A DNA stretch of 60,465 nucleotides, taken from positions 72,147 through 132,611 of the IMG/VR virus record IMGVR_UViG_3300031994_001875; one strand, written 5' to 3'. Of the stretch, positions 37,904 through 46,482 are shown piece by piece; within the stretch, counting starts at the first letter, position 1, and each line of letters starts with the position of its first letter. The notes under the pieces are model-generated. The model was not told the DNA's origin. It worked only from the letters and a program-made list of their open reading frames with translations, and did not search any database. A program made the translations under genes and the position numbers. This stretch comes from a virus. Its lineage: Duplodnaviria > Heunggongvirae > Uroviricota > Caudoviricetes.

Positions 37904-38461
37904 TTACTGGGCTTCTTTTTTCTTTCTTGGTTTTCTCTTTGGTTTCAAATCTTCCACCAACTGACCAGCAACATCTATTGTGTTTGAAGTTTCTTTAATT
38001 TCTTTATCTGTTGCTTGTTCTATAATTGTGCTTTGATAAATAGGTTCATTCTTAAATTCCACAACTGTTGAAAGTGCATCAATGAAATCATTTTTGAAAT
38101 TTGTCCAGTCTGTGTAAGTTTCTGTCTTTGCATCAAATTTCATTGTCACAGTTTTGAAATCGTAAGAAATCACAACTTCATTATCTTTTCCAAATACAAA
38201 CTTGTAAATTGGGCAATTAAGACTATCTAGCATCTTACCAACTTCCACATAGTTTATATGGAAATCTTCAAATGTTTCCTTAACATCTTTAACTGCTTTG
38301 GAAATATCAAATGAATTTCTATCTACCCATTCAAGTAATTTGTCTGTTTTAGTATCTGCTTGTTCAATCTTGGTTAATCGTTTGTTAATCGTGTAAATTA
38401 CCAGGAATAAACCAATCCAAATCAAGAGGTCAATTATGTTCACTATTAAATCAACTGTCAT
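37904..38461 (-). CDS. membrane-anchored protein with basic C-terminus
   Basis: N-terminal TM; ends KPKRKPRKKKEAQ. Confidence 0.75.
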   Translation of the reverse strand: MTVDLIVNIIDLLIWIGLFLVIYTINKRLTKIEQADTKTDKLLEWVDRNSFDISKAVKDVKETFEDFHINYVEVGKMLDSLNCPIYKFVFGKDNEVVISYDFKTVTMKFDAKTETYTDWTNFKNDFIDALSTVVEFKNEPIYQSTIIEQATDKEIKETSNTIDVAGQLVEDLKPKRKPRKKKEAQ

Positions 38462-38496
38462 ATATTCTCCTTTAAATGTGTAATATGTATAATATA

Positions 38497-39369
38497 TTAA
38501 CCTTTTATACGATTTTCTGCTATATTACAATATGTTTCATCTAATTCAATACTTATACAATTTCTATTTTCATTTTTACATGCTAATGCTGTTGTTCCAC
38601 TTCCACCAAAAGGGTCTAATACTAAATCATTTTCATTACTTGATGCTTTAACCAATCTCGTAATTAAATCAAGTGGTTTTTGTGTAGGATGTAAATGGTT
38701 TTCTTTATAAAAATCTATATCTCGCCATACATCAGTTATTCCCATGATAGGATTAAATGTTTGTGCGATTTTTTCATATTCTAAATTAAAATCTAAAACA
38801 ATAGATAGTTTATTCCACAATTCTTTTGTTGGAAATTGTTCAGCAACATTTTTACCAGTATAAATGCTCCACATTCCACCACCATTTGATTTTAAACCTA
38901 ACTTCTCATTTATTTCTTTTGAAGAAAGGCCCTTTTTCAGTTGATGTTCTTTTAAAAATGGTTTAATAAATTGTTTATTGTCTTTTATTAAAAACAAAAG
39001 ACTTTCGGTTACATTTGGAAACATTTTATATTTTTTAGTTGACCTACCACTTACGGCTCTCATTCCTTTATCTATAATAATTTGTTGTCTAAGTTCAAGT
39101 CCTAATGATTTAAAATATGGCACAAGTAATGATAATGTTCTAAAATACCCAAACAAATAAAATGTACCACCTAATCTCAAAACTCTTGTGGCTTCTTTTA
39201 TCCATTCCAAGGACCATTTTACATATTCTTCTTCAGTTTTCCATTTATAATCCCATTTTTCATTTACTACTTTATAATATGGTGGATCTGATACAATTAA
39301 ATCAACTGTATTATCCTTTAAATTTTTCATTTGGGATATACAATCATCATTTATAATACTTATTGTCAT
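38497..39369 (-). CDS. DNA N6-adenine/N4-cytosine methyltransferase (beta class)
   Basis: DPPY, HPTQKP, DPFGGSGTT. Confidence 0.9.
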   Translation of the reverse strand: MTISIINDDCISQMKNLKDNTVDLIVSDPPYYKVVNEKWDYKWKTEEEYVKWSLEWIKEATRVLRLGGTFYLFGYFRTLSLLVPYFKSLGLELRQQIIIDKGMRAVSGRSTKKYKMFPNVTESLLFLIKDNKQFIKPFLKEHQLKKGLSSKEINEKLGLKSNGGGMWSIYTGKNVAEQFPTKELWNKLSIVLDFNLEYEKIAQTFNPIMGITDVWRDIDFYKENHLHPTQKPLDLITRLVKASSNENDLVLDPFGGSGTTALACKNENRNCISIELDETYCNIAENRIKG

Positions 39370-39388
39370 ATATTATCCTTATTTTTCC

Positions 39389-39396
39389 TATTTATA
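39389..39396 (-). promoter_or_regulatory. T4-type late promoter candidate
   Basis: TATAAATA 20 nt upstream of methyltransferase. Confidence 0.45.
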
Positions 39397-39402
39397 ATAT
39401 AG

Positions 39403-39432
39403 AAAAAATCCCCGCAGGAGCAGGGATTTTTT
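39403..39432. terminator. intrinsic terminator (symmetric A/T flanks)
   Basis: AAAAAATCCC/GGGATTTTTT inverted repeat. Confidence 0.7.
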
Positions 39433-39445
39433 CATTTTTGAGAAC

Positions 39446-40354
39446 TTATATTTCAACTATGTAATCGTTATAAGTTGTGTCAATGGAAGTCCTATCTAGT
39501 TTTCCATCTTTATAACACCATTTATCAGCATAAGTATCATGCTCACCTGGATAACCAAATGGATTACATAGAATTTTGATAAGTTCATTTTGTTCATTCA
39601 CATATTCACAGTATTTCCTAGTATGTGTATGCCCACAAATCCAAGTGGTGTTATGGTCTAGTTTTTCTAACCATTCTTCCGCATTGAAATAGAAGAATTT
39701 GTTATCATTACTGAGTCTATGTTTGAAATTTACACCAACCTGATATGGTGCGAAATGAGTTAATATGAACTTTGGTTTTTGGGCAACAATCGCATCCAAT
39801 TTCTGTTTACAATCGTTCCAAATTAACCCAGGTTCTTGACCCATATAACGCCAGTGCTTTCCATCATACCATTTGCGTTTCCATTCGGTGCGATGGTCAT
39901 AGTTTGGGGCACAGTCGCATTTCAAATCACAGGTCATCATACAACCACCAATTCCATTCACAACATTTCCATCCAATAAATGAACATTTGGGAACTTAGC
40001 ACAATGTTCCTTCATTTTTTCAATCTTTTGTTCGGAACTTGCGAATTGTAAATTGGACTTGGAACTTGTAGCACCCCTTACTGTCAAATCGTGATTTCCT
40101 AAACATAGATACACTTCGCAGTACTTGCCAGCTAGCCAATTTATTTCGCTGGTGAATGTGAGATAGTCATTAGCCAAGTCACCGGCTATAAGGATTGCGT
40201 CTGTGGCAGGAACGGCGTATATGTTCCACATCCAATCTAGTGTTCTATACACCATTTCTTCGGTTTTCTCTGTCAAACCACGCAATTCTTCAGGTTTGAT
40301 TACATAACCGAAATACATGTCCGGGTGTAAATCACTCAAAATCAGCGCTTTCAT
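39446..40354 (-). CDS. calcineurin-like metallophosphoesterase
   Basis: SDLH, AGD, GNHD, THF, CGHTH. Confidence 0.85.
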   Translation of the reverse strand: MKALILSDLHPDMYFGYVIKPEELRGLTEKTEEMVYRTLDWMWNIYAVPATDAILIAGDLANDYLTFTSEINWLAGKYCEVYLCLGNHDLTVRGATSSKSNLQFASSEQKIEKMKEHCAKFPNVHLLDGNVVNGIGGCMMTCDLKCDCAPNYDHRTEWKRKWYDGKHWRYMGQEPGLIWNDCKQKLDAIVAQKPKFILTHFAPYQVGVNFKHRLSNDNKFFYFNAEEWLEKLDHNTTWICGHTHTRKYCEYVNEQNELIKILCNPFGYPGEHDTYADKWCYKDGKLDRTSIDTTYNDYIVEI

Positions 40355-40773
40355 AATTTCTCCATATAGTCAATTACTCGTTTACATTCTGCTTCAATTT
40401 CTTCAATAGTCCACTTCTTTCCTCGTTCAATAGAAAGACCAATCATTGAATCCTTTGGATAACTGCAATAATCACCAAAATGGGCATAATCCCAACCAAC
40501 CCAATATGCTTCAGGTTCGCCAAAACTTTCTTCATCCACAAAATCACTAAATGTAAATCCACCATGCGGATTACAACCAGGCCATGTAAATGATATTTTG
40601 TCATAATTCATATCATACCATTTTTCGCCTTCATTTACCCTTACATAAGCAGTTGGGTGGCTACCCATTACACTATAAATTACATACATGTGGTTCTTGT
40701 AAGTATCTTTCTTGATTACTTCATTTGGAACAACATTTGAATTGTATTCTGCTATGTAAGGAAATTCGGTCAT
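40351..40773 (-). CDS. hypothetical phage protein
   Basis: HGGFTF, WVGWDYAHFGDY motif. Confidence 0.7.
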   Translation of the reverse strand: MTEFPYIAEYNSNVVPNEVIKKDTYKNHMYVIYSVMGSHPTAYVRVNEGEKWYDMNYDKISFTWPGCNPHGGFTFSDFVDEESFGEPEAYWVGWDYAHFGDYCSYPKDSMIGLSIERGKKWTIEEIEAECKRVIDYMEKL

Positions 40774-41150
40774 GTAAAATCCTCGTTTGCGTTTTCTAAA
40801 AGTAATTCTTGACGATATTTTTTATACTGTGTTAAATGATTTTCAATCTGTTGGTTCACATGTTCCAAAATTTTTGAAATAATACACACATTAACATCAG
40901 TAGTTTCTATGGTTCGTGTACACAACGAAGTGATAACATAATCTATTAAACTACCAAAAGCGAATTTCTGTAATTGCGTAAATTCGTAAATCTCGCACTT
41001 TTCTCCAATTAGTTCAACTGCGTATTGTTTTGGAAATTGAGCCATTACTTGACTAATGGGCTTAATACGAATACTAAACCCAAATGTATTTTGGCTAAAT
41101 TCAAAATACTCATATTTCAAACACAGTTCTTTTATCTTATCGTAATTCAT
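40770..41150 (-). CDS. DF-tail family protein
   Basis: ends LENANEDFT. Confidence 0.8.
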   Translation of the reverse strand: MNYDKIKELCLKYEYFEFSQNTFGFSIRIKPISQVMAQFPKQYAVELIGEKCEIYEFTQLQKFAFGSLIDYVITSLCTRTIETTDVNVCIISKILEHVNQQIENHLTQYKKYRQELLLENANEDFT

Positions 41151-41166
41151 AAAATCTCCAGCTTTT

Positions 41167-41174
41167 TATAAATA
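41167..41174 (+). promoter_or_regulatory. T4-type late promoter candidate for the peptidase
   Basis: TATAAATA upstream of 41212. Confidence 0.5.
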
Positions 41175-41199
41175 TAGAAATTAAATCACATTTTGTCAA
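41171..41199 (-). promoter_or_regulatory. sigma70-type promoter without operator
   Basis: TTGACA 41199-41194, 17 bp, TATATT 41176-41171. Confidence 0.7.
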
Positions 41200-41211
41200 G
41201 AGGTAGCATAA

Positions 41212-41763
41212 ATGTCAGTTGTAAAACTAACCCAAAATTTTAGTTTAAGCGAATTTACAAACGGAACAATCACACCTTATCAACAATCTTTACTACAACT
41301 ATTAGCAAATAATTTACAGAAAGTTCGTGATTATCTACAACAGTTTAAGAAAGACCCAAAAAAGAATGTTTGTATCGGTATTTCTAGTGGTGTTCGTACC
41401 CAAGCAGATTATGATAGATTGTTAAAGAAAGGTTACAATCCTAGTAAAACATCAGATCATTTCTGCGGTTTACAATTATTAGGAAAACCAACTTTGGGAG
41501 CCGCCGATATTTATGTTACAAACTGTACTTTAAGTTATAAAGAAATTGCGAAGAAAATTATTGAACTAAACAAAAATTCCTTGGTAGATTTCGGTCAAAT
41601 CATTTATGAATATAATCCTGCTACAAAAGCGGAATGGATTCATTTAGGTAATGACTGGACTAAAATCTTTCAAGACCAAGGAATAATTGATGCTATTTCT
41701 AAAACGAGAAAGAAATATCTAATGTCTTTGGATAATGGAAAAACTTACATAGATTTCAAGTAA
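41212..41763 (+). CDS. peptidase M15 family Zn peptidase, probable endolysin
   Basis: SSGVRT, SDHFCG, AADI, WIHLG. Confidence 0.8.
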   Translation: MSVVKLTQNFSLSEFTNGTITPYQQSLLQLLANNLQKVRDYLQQFKKDPKKNVCIGISSGVRTQADYDRLLKKGYNPSKTSDHFCGLQLLGKPTLGAADIYVTNCTLSYKEIAKKIIELNKNSLVDFGQIIYEYNPATKAEWIHLGNDWTKIFQDQGIIDAISKTRKKYLMSLDNGKTYIDFK

Positions 41764-42281
41764 GCAATTATATCTTCCACAATCTTGTTATAACCCTCTT
41801 CAGTCCCATTTGCTTCGGTAAATGGGATTTCGTTTTCTGTTAAGAAATCTTTTATTCGTTTATCAATTTCTTTGGCTTCTTTTTCAGTTTGATTTCTGCC
41901 GTTTGGGTTGTATTTCTTAAAACGATTTACAAAGATATTGAATGTTGGTTTATATTTCTTTGCTTCATACAAACAAACATCTTGATATGGTTTCTCGGTT
42001 GTGTACATCGCACCAACTGCTATTGGACTATCGGTGACGATTACATCAACTTTTCCTAACAAACGATAAATCTTTAAACATTGTTTGCCTGTAACATATA
42101 ATTGGCAGTGTTGTAATGGGAATTGGTCATCTTGCCAAACTCTATCTTTGGCATATTCCGATACATATTCACAATCAATTCCTGCCATTTTTAGTTTGGC
42201 AAAAATGTAAGCAGCACCAGTAGATTTACCAGCACCTGGACCAGCATATAAATTAACTAATAATGTATTCTTGTTTCTCAT
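41745..42281 (-). CDS. P-loop kinase/ATPase (AAA_28 / NadR-kinase-like)
   Basis: GPGAGKST, EYAK, VTDSP. Confidence 0.7.
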   Translation of the reverse strand: MRNKNTLLVNLYAGPGAGKSTGAAYIFAKLKMAGIDCEYVSEYAKDRVWQDDQFPLQHCQLYVTGKQCLKIYRLLGKVDVIVTDSPIAVGAMYTTEKPYQDVCLYEAKKYKPTFNIFVNRFKKYNPNGRNQTEKEAKEIDKRIKDFLTENEIPFTEANGTEEGYNKIVEDIIAYLKSM

Positions 42282-42326
42282 AATAACCCAATATAGAATT
42301 TTTTTCTATGTATATGAGAAATTTTG

Positions 42327-42698
42327 TTAATTGAAATCTGATTTGATTTTTTCAATGTTCATTTGAACTGTCATTTTCTTTTTCATTTCTTGTAATTGGG
42401 AAAATATACAATAAAATTTTCTTATTTTCGGTTCAAATTCAGTAAATTTGATATATTCTTCGCTATCGTTATAATATAAATTCAAATCAGCATCAATTAC
42501 AATGTTTAATGTAGCAACCACATGCTTGCTATTGTGACGCCAAACAAAAAATGCCTCTCTGTCATTTTCATATTCTTCCATATAATCATCACCATTAAAA
42601 ACCCAGTCTTTTGGAAGATAGAAGTAATAATCTTTTTTGTAAACTTCATAATCAAGATTTAGTTCTTTTGCTAAGTTTAGTACTTTTTTAATATCCAT
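42327..42698 (-). CDS. DF-tail family protein
   Basis: ends IEKIKSDFN. Confidence 0.8.
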   Translation of the reverse strand: MDIKKVLNLAKELNLDYEVYKKDYYFYLPKDWVFNGDDYMEEYENDREAFFVWRHNSKHVVATLNIVIDADLNLYYNDSEEYIKFTEFEPKIRKFYCIFSQLQEMKKKMTVQMNIEKIKSDFN

Positions 42699-43090
42699 TA
42701 GAAATCCTCGCTTGCTTTAATTACTAAACCGAGTTCGTCAGCTTTCTTCTTTACATCTAACAAACTATTAGCCATTTCAACCATATATGAAACAATGGCT
42801 TCCAATCGTTCTAATGTACCTACTTCTTCACTGTGTTCAAATTGAGCTGACCATCCATTACCAACACCGGCTTTTACCAAATAAGATGTGTAAACTAGAA
42901 TTGTTTTGCTATTCTCGCTCCAATCAAACAAATCATCTCTATAATCGGTGTCATTTTCATCATCCAAAAGACCTAACTTTGGCAAAAAGAAATAATAACA
43001 ACCTTCTATTTCTTCATGGTTCAAACCATACTTTTCAGCCAACGCAAAAATCTTTTCTCTTGGAAATCCTGTATTTTTCTTCTTACCCAT
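42698..43090 (-). CDS. DF-tail family protein
   Basis: ends VIKASEDF. Confidence 0.8.
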   Translation of the reverse strand: MGKKKNTGFPREKIFALAEKYGLNHEEIEGCYYFFLPKLGLLDDENDTDYRDDLFDWSENSKTILVYTSYLVKAGVGNGWSAQFEHSEEVGTLERLEAIVSYMVEMANSLLDVKKKADELGLVIKASEDF

Positions 43091-43492
43091 TTAAAAATCC
43101 TGCTTGATTGAGTTTATCTTTAAATCCATTCTAATTTTCTTTTCCATAATTTCAGCCAAGTCCAATGCTCTAATTTGTTTCTTGATGAAATTTTCCAATT
43201 CAACACAATCGTTAATATGTGTGCCTAATGGATATTCAGTAATAAATCTACATGTAACTGTGTTATCCGAAGCATCGTAAACTGTTTCTAGTTTTTCAAA
43301 ACAAGCAAAAAATGTTATCTCGCCATTAAATATAGTAAACTTGAACAATTTATCACTATCATTAGTCAATAATGAATGGTCTAAATAGACTGAACAGTCC
43401 CATACATCATTTGTTTGGACTTTTATTATACGCAAATTGTATTTGTTACTCAATTCTAAAATTTCTTTTTCTGTTATGTTAGTCAAAATCAA
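43091..43492 (-). CDS. DF-tail family protein
   Basis: ends INSIKQDF. Confidence 0.8.
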   Translation of the reverse strand: MILTNITEKEILELSNKYNLRIIKVQTNDVWDCSVYLDHSLLTNDSDKLFKFTIFNGEITFFACFEKLETVYDASDNTVTCRFITEYPLGTHINDCVELENFIKKQIRALDLAEIMEKKIRMDLKINSIKQDF

Positions 43493-43790
43493 CCTCCATT
43501 TCTTTTATAGTTTGATTGACCTTAAATTCTTTCAAGAACTTAACATATTTGTCAATGAACTGTGGATTTGCCATTTCGCCATCTCGCCATTCAAACCCAC
43601 CTGAGTTGTTGGTTTCAACAAATGCTATCATATCCATTCCTTCACCACTCAATGTATAAATGGCTACTGGAATAGTTCCATACATCATATAATAAGTCAT
43701 AAAGACCAAACCGTGGATTGCTTTATCTTGATATTTCAAATAAGTTAATCCACGATTTACCAATTCATTTTTTAATTCTTGTCCAGTCAT
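43479..43790 (-). CDS. DF-tail family protein
   Basis: ends IKEMEVDFD. Confidence 0.8.
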   Translation of the reverse strand: MTGQELKNELVNRGLTYLKYQDKAIHGLVFMTYYMMYGTIPVAIYTLSGEGMDMIAFVETNNSGGFEWRDGEMANPQFIDKYVKFLKEFKVNQTIKEMEVDFD

Positions 43791-44104
43791 TGGAAATCCT
43801 TGTTAATTCGTTCAAATTCTCTGTTTTGGGCTAATTTCATTTTATCAGTGGTGATAAATTTAATCAGCTTCATTTCTTCACCTTCTTTAAATGACTTTTT
43901 TATTTCATCATTATCATTAAGGGATACTGTGGCTTCATATTCATTTGGTGAATTATAATTATAGGAGGCATCTACAGTAATAGAAAAATCGTTATTAGTA
44001 TAATAGCACCATTCGTAATCTCTTTGAGAAGAACAATCATCAATACTCAATGGTATATTATGTTGTTCAAATAATCTGTCTAATACTTTTGTATCTTTGT
44101 TCAT
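43787..44104 (-). CDS. DF-tail family protein
   Basis: ends FERINKDFQ. Confidence 0.8.
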   Translation of the reverse strand: MNKDTKVLDRLFEQHNIPLSIDDCSSQRDYEWCYYTNNDFSITVDASYNYNSPNEYEATVSLNDNDEIKKSFKEGEEMKLIKFITTDKMKLAQNREFERINKDFQ

Positions 44105-44412
44105 AAGAAATCCTTTTTAATTTGTTCTAATGCCCATTGTTCTTTTAGTATCAATTTATCTGTTGTAATGAACTTCATCATTTCATTTTCTTGCCCAAAT
44201 ACAAACTGCTTGGCATATTCAACATTATCATATAAAAGTACAGTTGCTTCATATTCAACATGTTTGTCAAAATAGTATTCAACAACAACATCAACATCGC
44301 CTTCTTCATTTTCATAGATACACCAGTAGCAATCTTCTTGTGTACCACCATCACAATTTTCCATTTTCAACTGATGGTCTAAAAATAGTTTTTCTAATAG
44401 TACTGATCTCAT
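44101..44412 (-). CDS. DF-tail family protein
   Basis: ends LEQIKKDFL. Confidence 0.8.
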   Translation of the reverse strand: MRSVLLEKLFLDHQLKMENCDGGTQEDCYWCIYENEEGDVDVVVEYYFDKHVEYEATVLLYDNVEYAKQFVFGQENEMMKFITTDKLILKEQWALEQIKKDFL

Positions 44413-44750
44413 CGGAAATCCTGATTTGCTTTGTTAATTAAATCTTGACTTTGCCATTTCTTGACCTTTTCCAAAATCTTATCACATTCAGCTCGGAAAA
44501 AATCTTCATCCACTTTTTCAATAGTAAATGAACCCACAAGAGAATAATCATAATTTACCAAATTCTTATAGGTCTTTTTCTTGAAAGCCGAAATATGTCT
44601 AATTTTGTGAATGTTTTCAATCACAGATGAAACTTCATACCACATTACAATCGCATTATCCCAACACACAGCATAGTAGGGGTGTCCGGTAGTATAGATT
44701 ACAAAATTATAATCTTTTTTGAGAATGTCTAATGCTCTTGTATGTTCCAT
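44409..44750 (-). CDS. DF-tail family protein
   Basis: ends INKANQDFR. Confidence 0.8.
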   Translation of the reverse strand: MEHTRALDILKKDYNFVIYTTGHPYYAVCWDNAIVMWYEVSSVIENIHKIRHISAFKKKTYKNLVNYDYSLVGSFTIEKVDEDFFRAECDKILEKVKKWQSQDLINKANQDFR

Positions 44751-44809
44751 TTAGATTTTTCCTTTGGCTTTCAATCGGGCTAAATCCATTTTTCGTTTCC
44801 AATTTCGCA

Positions 44810-45307
44810 TTACTTCAAATCTTCCAAAGAAATATCATGTTCACTCATATACTGCTTCACATGAGCAATATGCCATTCTTTTGTTTGAAATTCTTCGTGT
44901 TCCTCCATAAAGGTATTGTAATCATCTTCGTCACAATAAATGTCACCAATACAACGGTCCCATTGAAGGAAATTCTGTTCACACTGACCAATGTCAGTAT
45001 TGAACACAACCACCTGACCCAAATCCCAGCTATCGTCAATATCCGGGAACATTTCTTTAACATCGGAATAATAGAGATAACTATTTTCTTCCAAATCACT
45101 CTTCTGGTCTTCAGTGAGTTTTTCAATTTCGTCCTGGTAACTATCACGCAGGTAATCGGTATCAAATGTGGCATCATCCAAATCAAACGATTCAATGCTA
45201 CCAGTTTCCTCTCCAAACGGACCGAGACCCTTCATTTCAACATCGTATTCTTTATTTAGTTCTTTCAGGAGTTCAAATTCGTTAATGGTGAAATAGTGTT
45301 TTGCCAT
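44810..45307 (-). CDS. highly acidic protein, first gene after early promoter
   Basis: D/E-rich 165 aa; AGAGGT SD. Confidence 0.75.
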   Translation of the reverse strand: MAKHYFTINEFELLKELNKEYDVEMKGLGPFGEETGSIESFDLDDATFDTDYLRDSYQDEIEKLTEDQKSDLEENSYLYYSDVKEMFPDIDDSWDLGQVVVFNTDIGQCEQNFLQWDRCIGDIYCDEDDYNTFMEEHEEFQTKEWHIAHVKQYMSEHDISLEDLK

Positions 45308-45340
45308 AGTGATACCTCTCTTTTTCTTGTTTACATTATT

Positions 45341-45396
45341 AATATAGTAAAAATCGCAGTTTTTGTCAACTACGATTTTGTAAATTATTGTTTACA
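45341..45396 (-). promoter_or_regulatory. early promoter + operator
   Basis: TTGACA 45369-45364, 17 bp, TATATT 45346-45341; palindrome 45379-45396 (9 bp). Confidence 0.85.
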
Positions 45397-45760
45397 AAGA
45401 TGTTCTCAAACCTGTTGTGTTTTCAAAAAATTCTTTTACTTGGTCACAATAAATTCCCTTGATTTCTTTCACCACAACTGGTTCAAATTTCTTGTCAGTG
45501 GGTTTAATACCCTTCATTAAATCGTTGGTGGTGTATTTGCGTTTCTTAATGAAATAGCAGTTATACAAATCCAAACCTTCGTCTAGTTCAATCTTGAAAA
45601 GATTGGCTTTACGGAACATTTTAAACGAGAATGTGAATGTATTATCTGTAATACTAATTGGTTCGGCACCGAGCATGGCTTGAAGTCTACCAAAACCCCC
45701 ATTACACAGGGCTCTTACCATTTCGTTTACCATATAATTGCGTTCTTCTTTCGTTTTCAT
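45392..45760 (-). CDS. hypothetical phage protein (monocistronic, own promoter)
   Basis: IYCDQVKEFFENTTGLRTSL end; AGAGGT SD. Confidence 0.75.
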   Translation of the reverse strand: MKTKEERNYMVNEMVRALCNGGFGRLQAMLGAEPISITDNTFTFSFKMFRKANLFKIELDEGLDLYNCYFIKKRKYTTNDLMKGIKPTDKKFEPVVVKEIKGIYCDQVKEFFENTTGLRTSL

Positions 45761-45783
45761 AGTTACCTCTCTTTTATACTATT

Positions 45784-45839
45784 AATATAGTAAATCCTCA
45801 GTTTAATGTCAACAAAAATAATGTAAAACTATGTTTACA
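45784..45839 (-). promoter_or_regulatory. early promoter + operator
   Basis: TTGACA 45812-45807, 17 bp, TATATT 45789-45784; palindrome 45822-45839 (9 bp). Confidence 0.85.
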
Positions 45840-45880
45840 AAGAATTAAAATAATGTATATTTTTATAAAAAGAGGATAAA

Positions 45881-46153
45881 ATGTACACAGTTTCAATAAA
45901 GGCTAGTGAATTAGCCAAAATTACAACAGAAAACTATCATAAAGGAAAAGAGCATATTGTAGAAGAAATCTCTAAACTCATTAAAGAAGCATCAGGTCAG
46001 GGAAAACGAGAAGTGGATTATTCATTAAATAGTTCGGATTATTTTTGTTGTGTGAATACAGATTTGGCAATAAAAGAATTTGAAAAAAATGGATATACCT
46101 GTTATAAAAGAGAGAGTTGGGATAACAACTTGTACATTCATGTGGAGTGGTAA
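45881..46153 (+). CDS. hypothetical protein (paralog of next)
   Basis: helix-G..FEKNGY..I.VEW pattern; GAGG SD. Confidence 0.7.
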   Translation: MYTVSIKASELAKITTENYHKGKEHIVEEISKLIKEASGQGKREVDYSLNSSDYFCCVNTDLAIKEFEKNGYTCYKRESWDNNLYIHVEW

Positions 46154-46482
46154 AAATGATTCCAAATATAAATGAAATTAGGCAAAGTTCTATATCTATT
46201 GAAAAGATAAATGAATGTAAACAAATTACAGAAACACAAAAAACTATTGATAAATTAGTGAACGAATGTAAAAAGAGAGCCGAAAATGGTTATGGTTATC
46301 TTAATTTAGAATGGCCTGGTCAATATAACATTAGCATAGAGAATGTTTACGATATAGAAAAAGCATTTAAAGATGCTGGATATGAAGTTGGTGTAGGTAT
46401 TGAACATTGGTGGACTATTCCTGACCAAGTTAGAAGTTTTTCTATACAATGGAAAAAGGACCCATTCTATGACCAGTTATAA
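46147..46482 (+). CDS. hypothetical protein (paralog of previous)
   Basis: FKDAGYEV..SIQW. Confidence 0.7.
   Translation: MVKMIPNINEIRQSSISIEKINECKQITETQKTIDKLVNECKKRAENGYGYLNLEWPGQYNISIENVYDIEKAFKDAGYEVGVGIEHWWTIPDQVRSFSIQWKKDPFYDQL

Noticed and set aside
37848-42295. TATATT elements at 37848, 39396 and 42290 as further boxed promoters
   Set aside because: No TTGACA-like hexamer at 17 bp and no palindrome upstream.
2148-44750. DF tail as a mere by-product of the next gene's Shine-Dalgarno (AAG/GAG GAT TTT TAATG)
   Set aside because: May contribute at some junctions, but the tail persists in operon-terminal genes, uses GAC/TTC codons, often lacks GGA (TCA GAT TTC), and at 19049 a separate extension supplies the SD.
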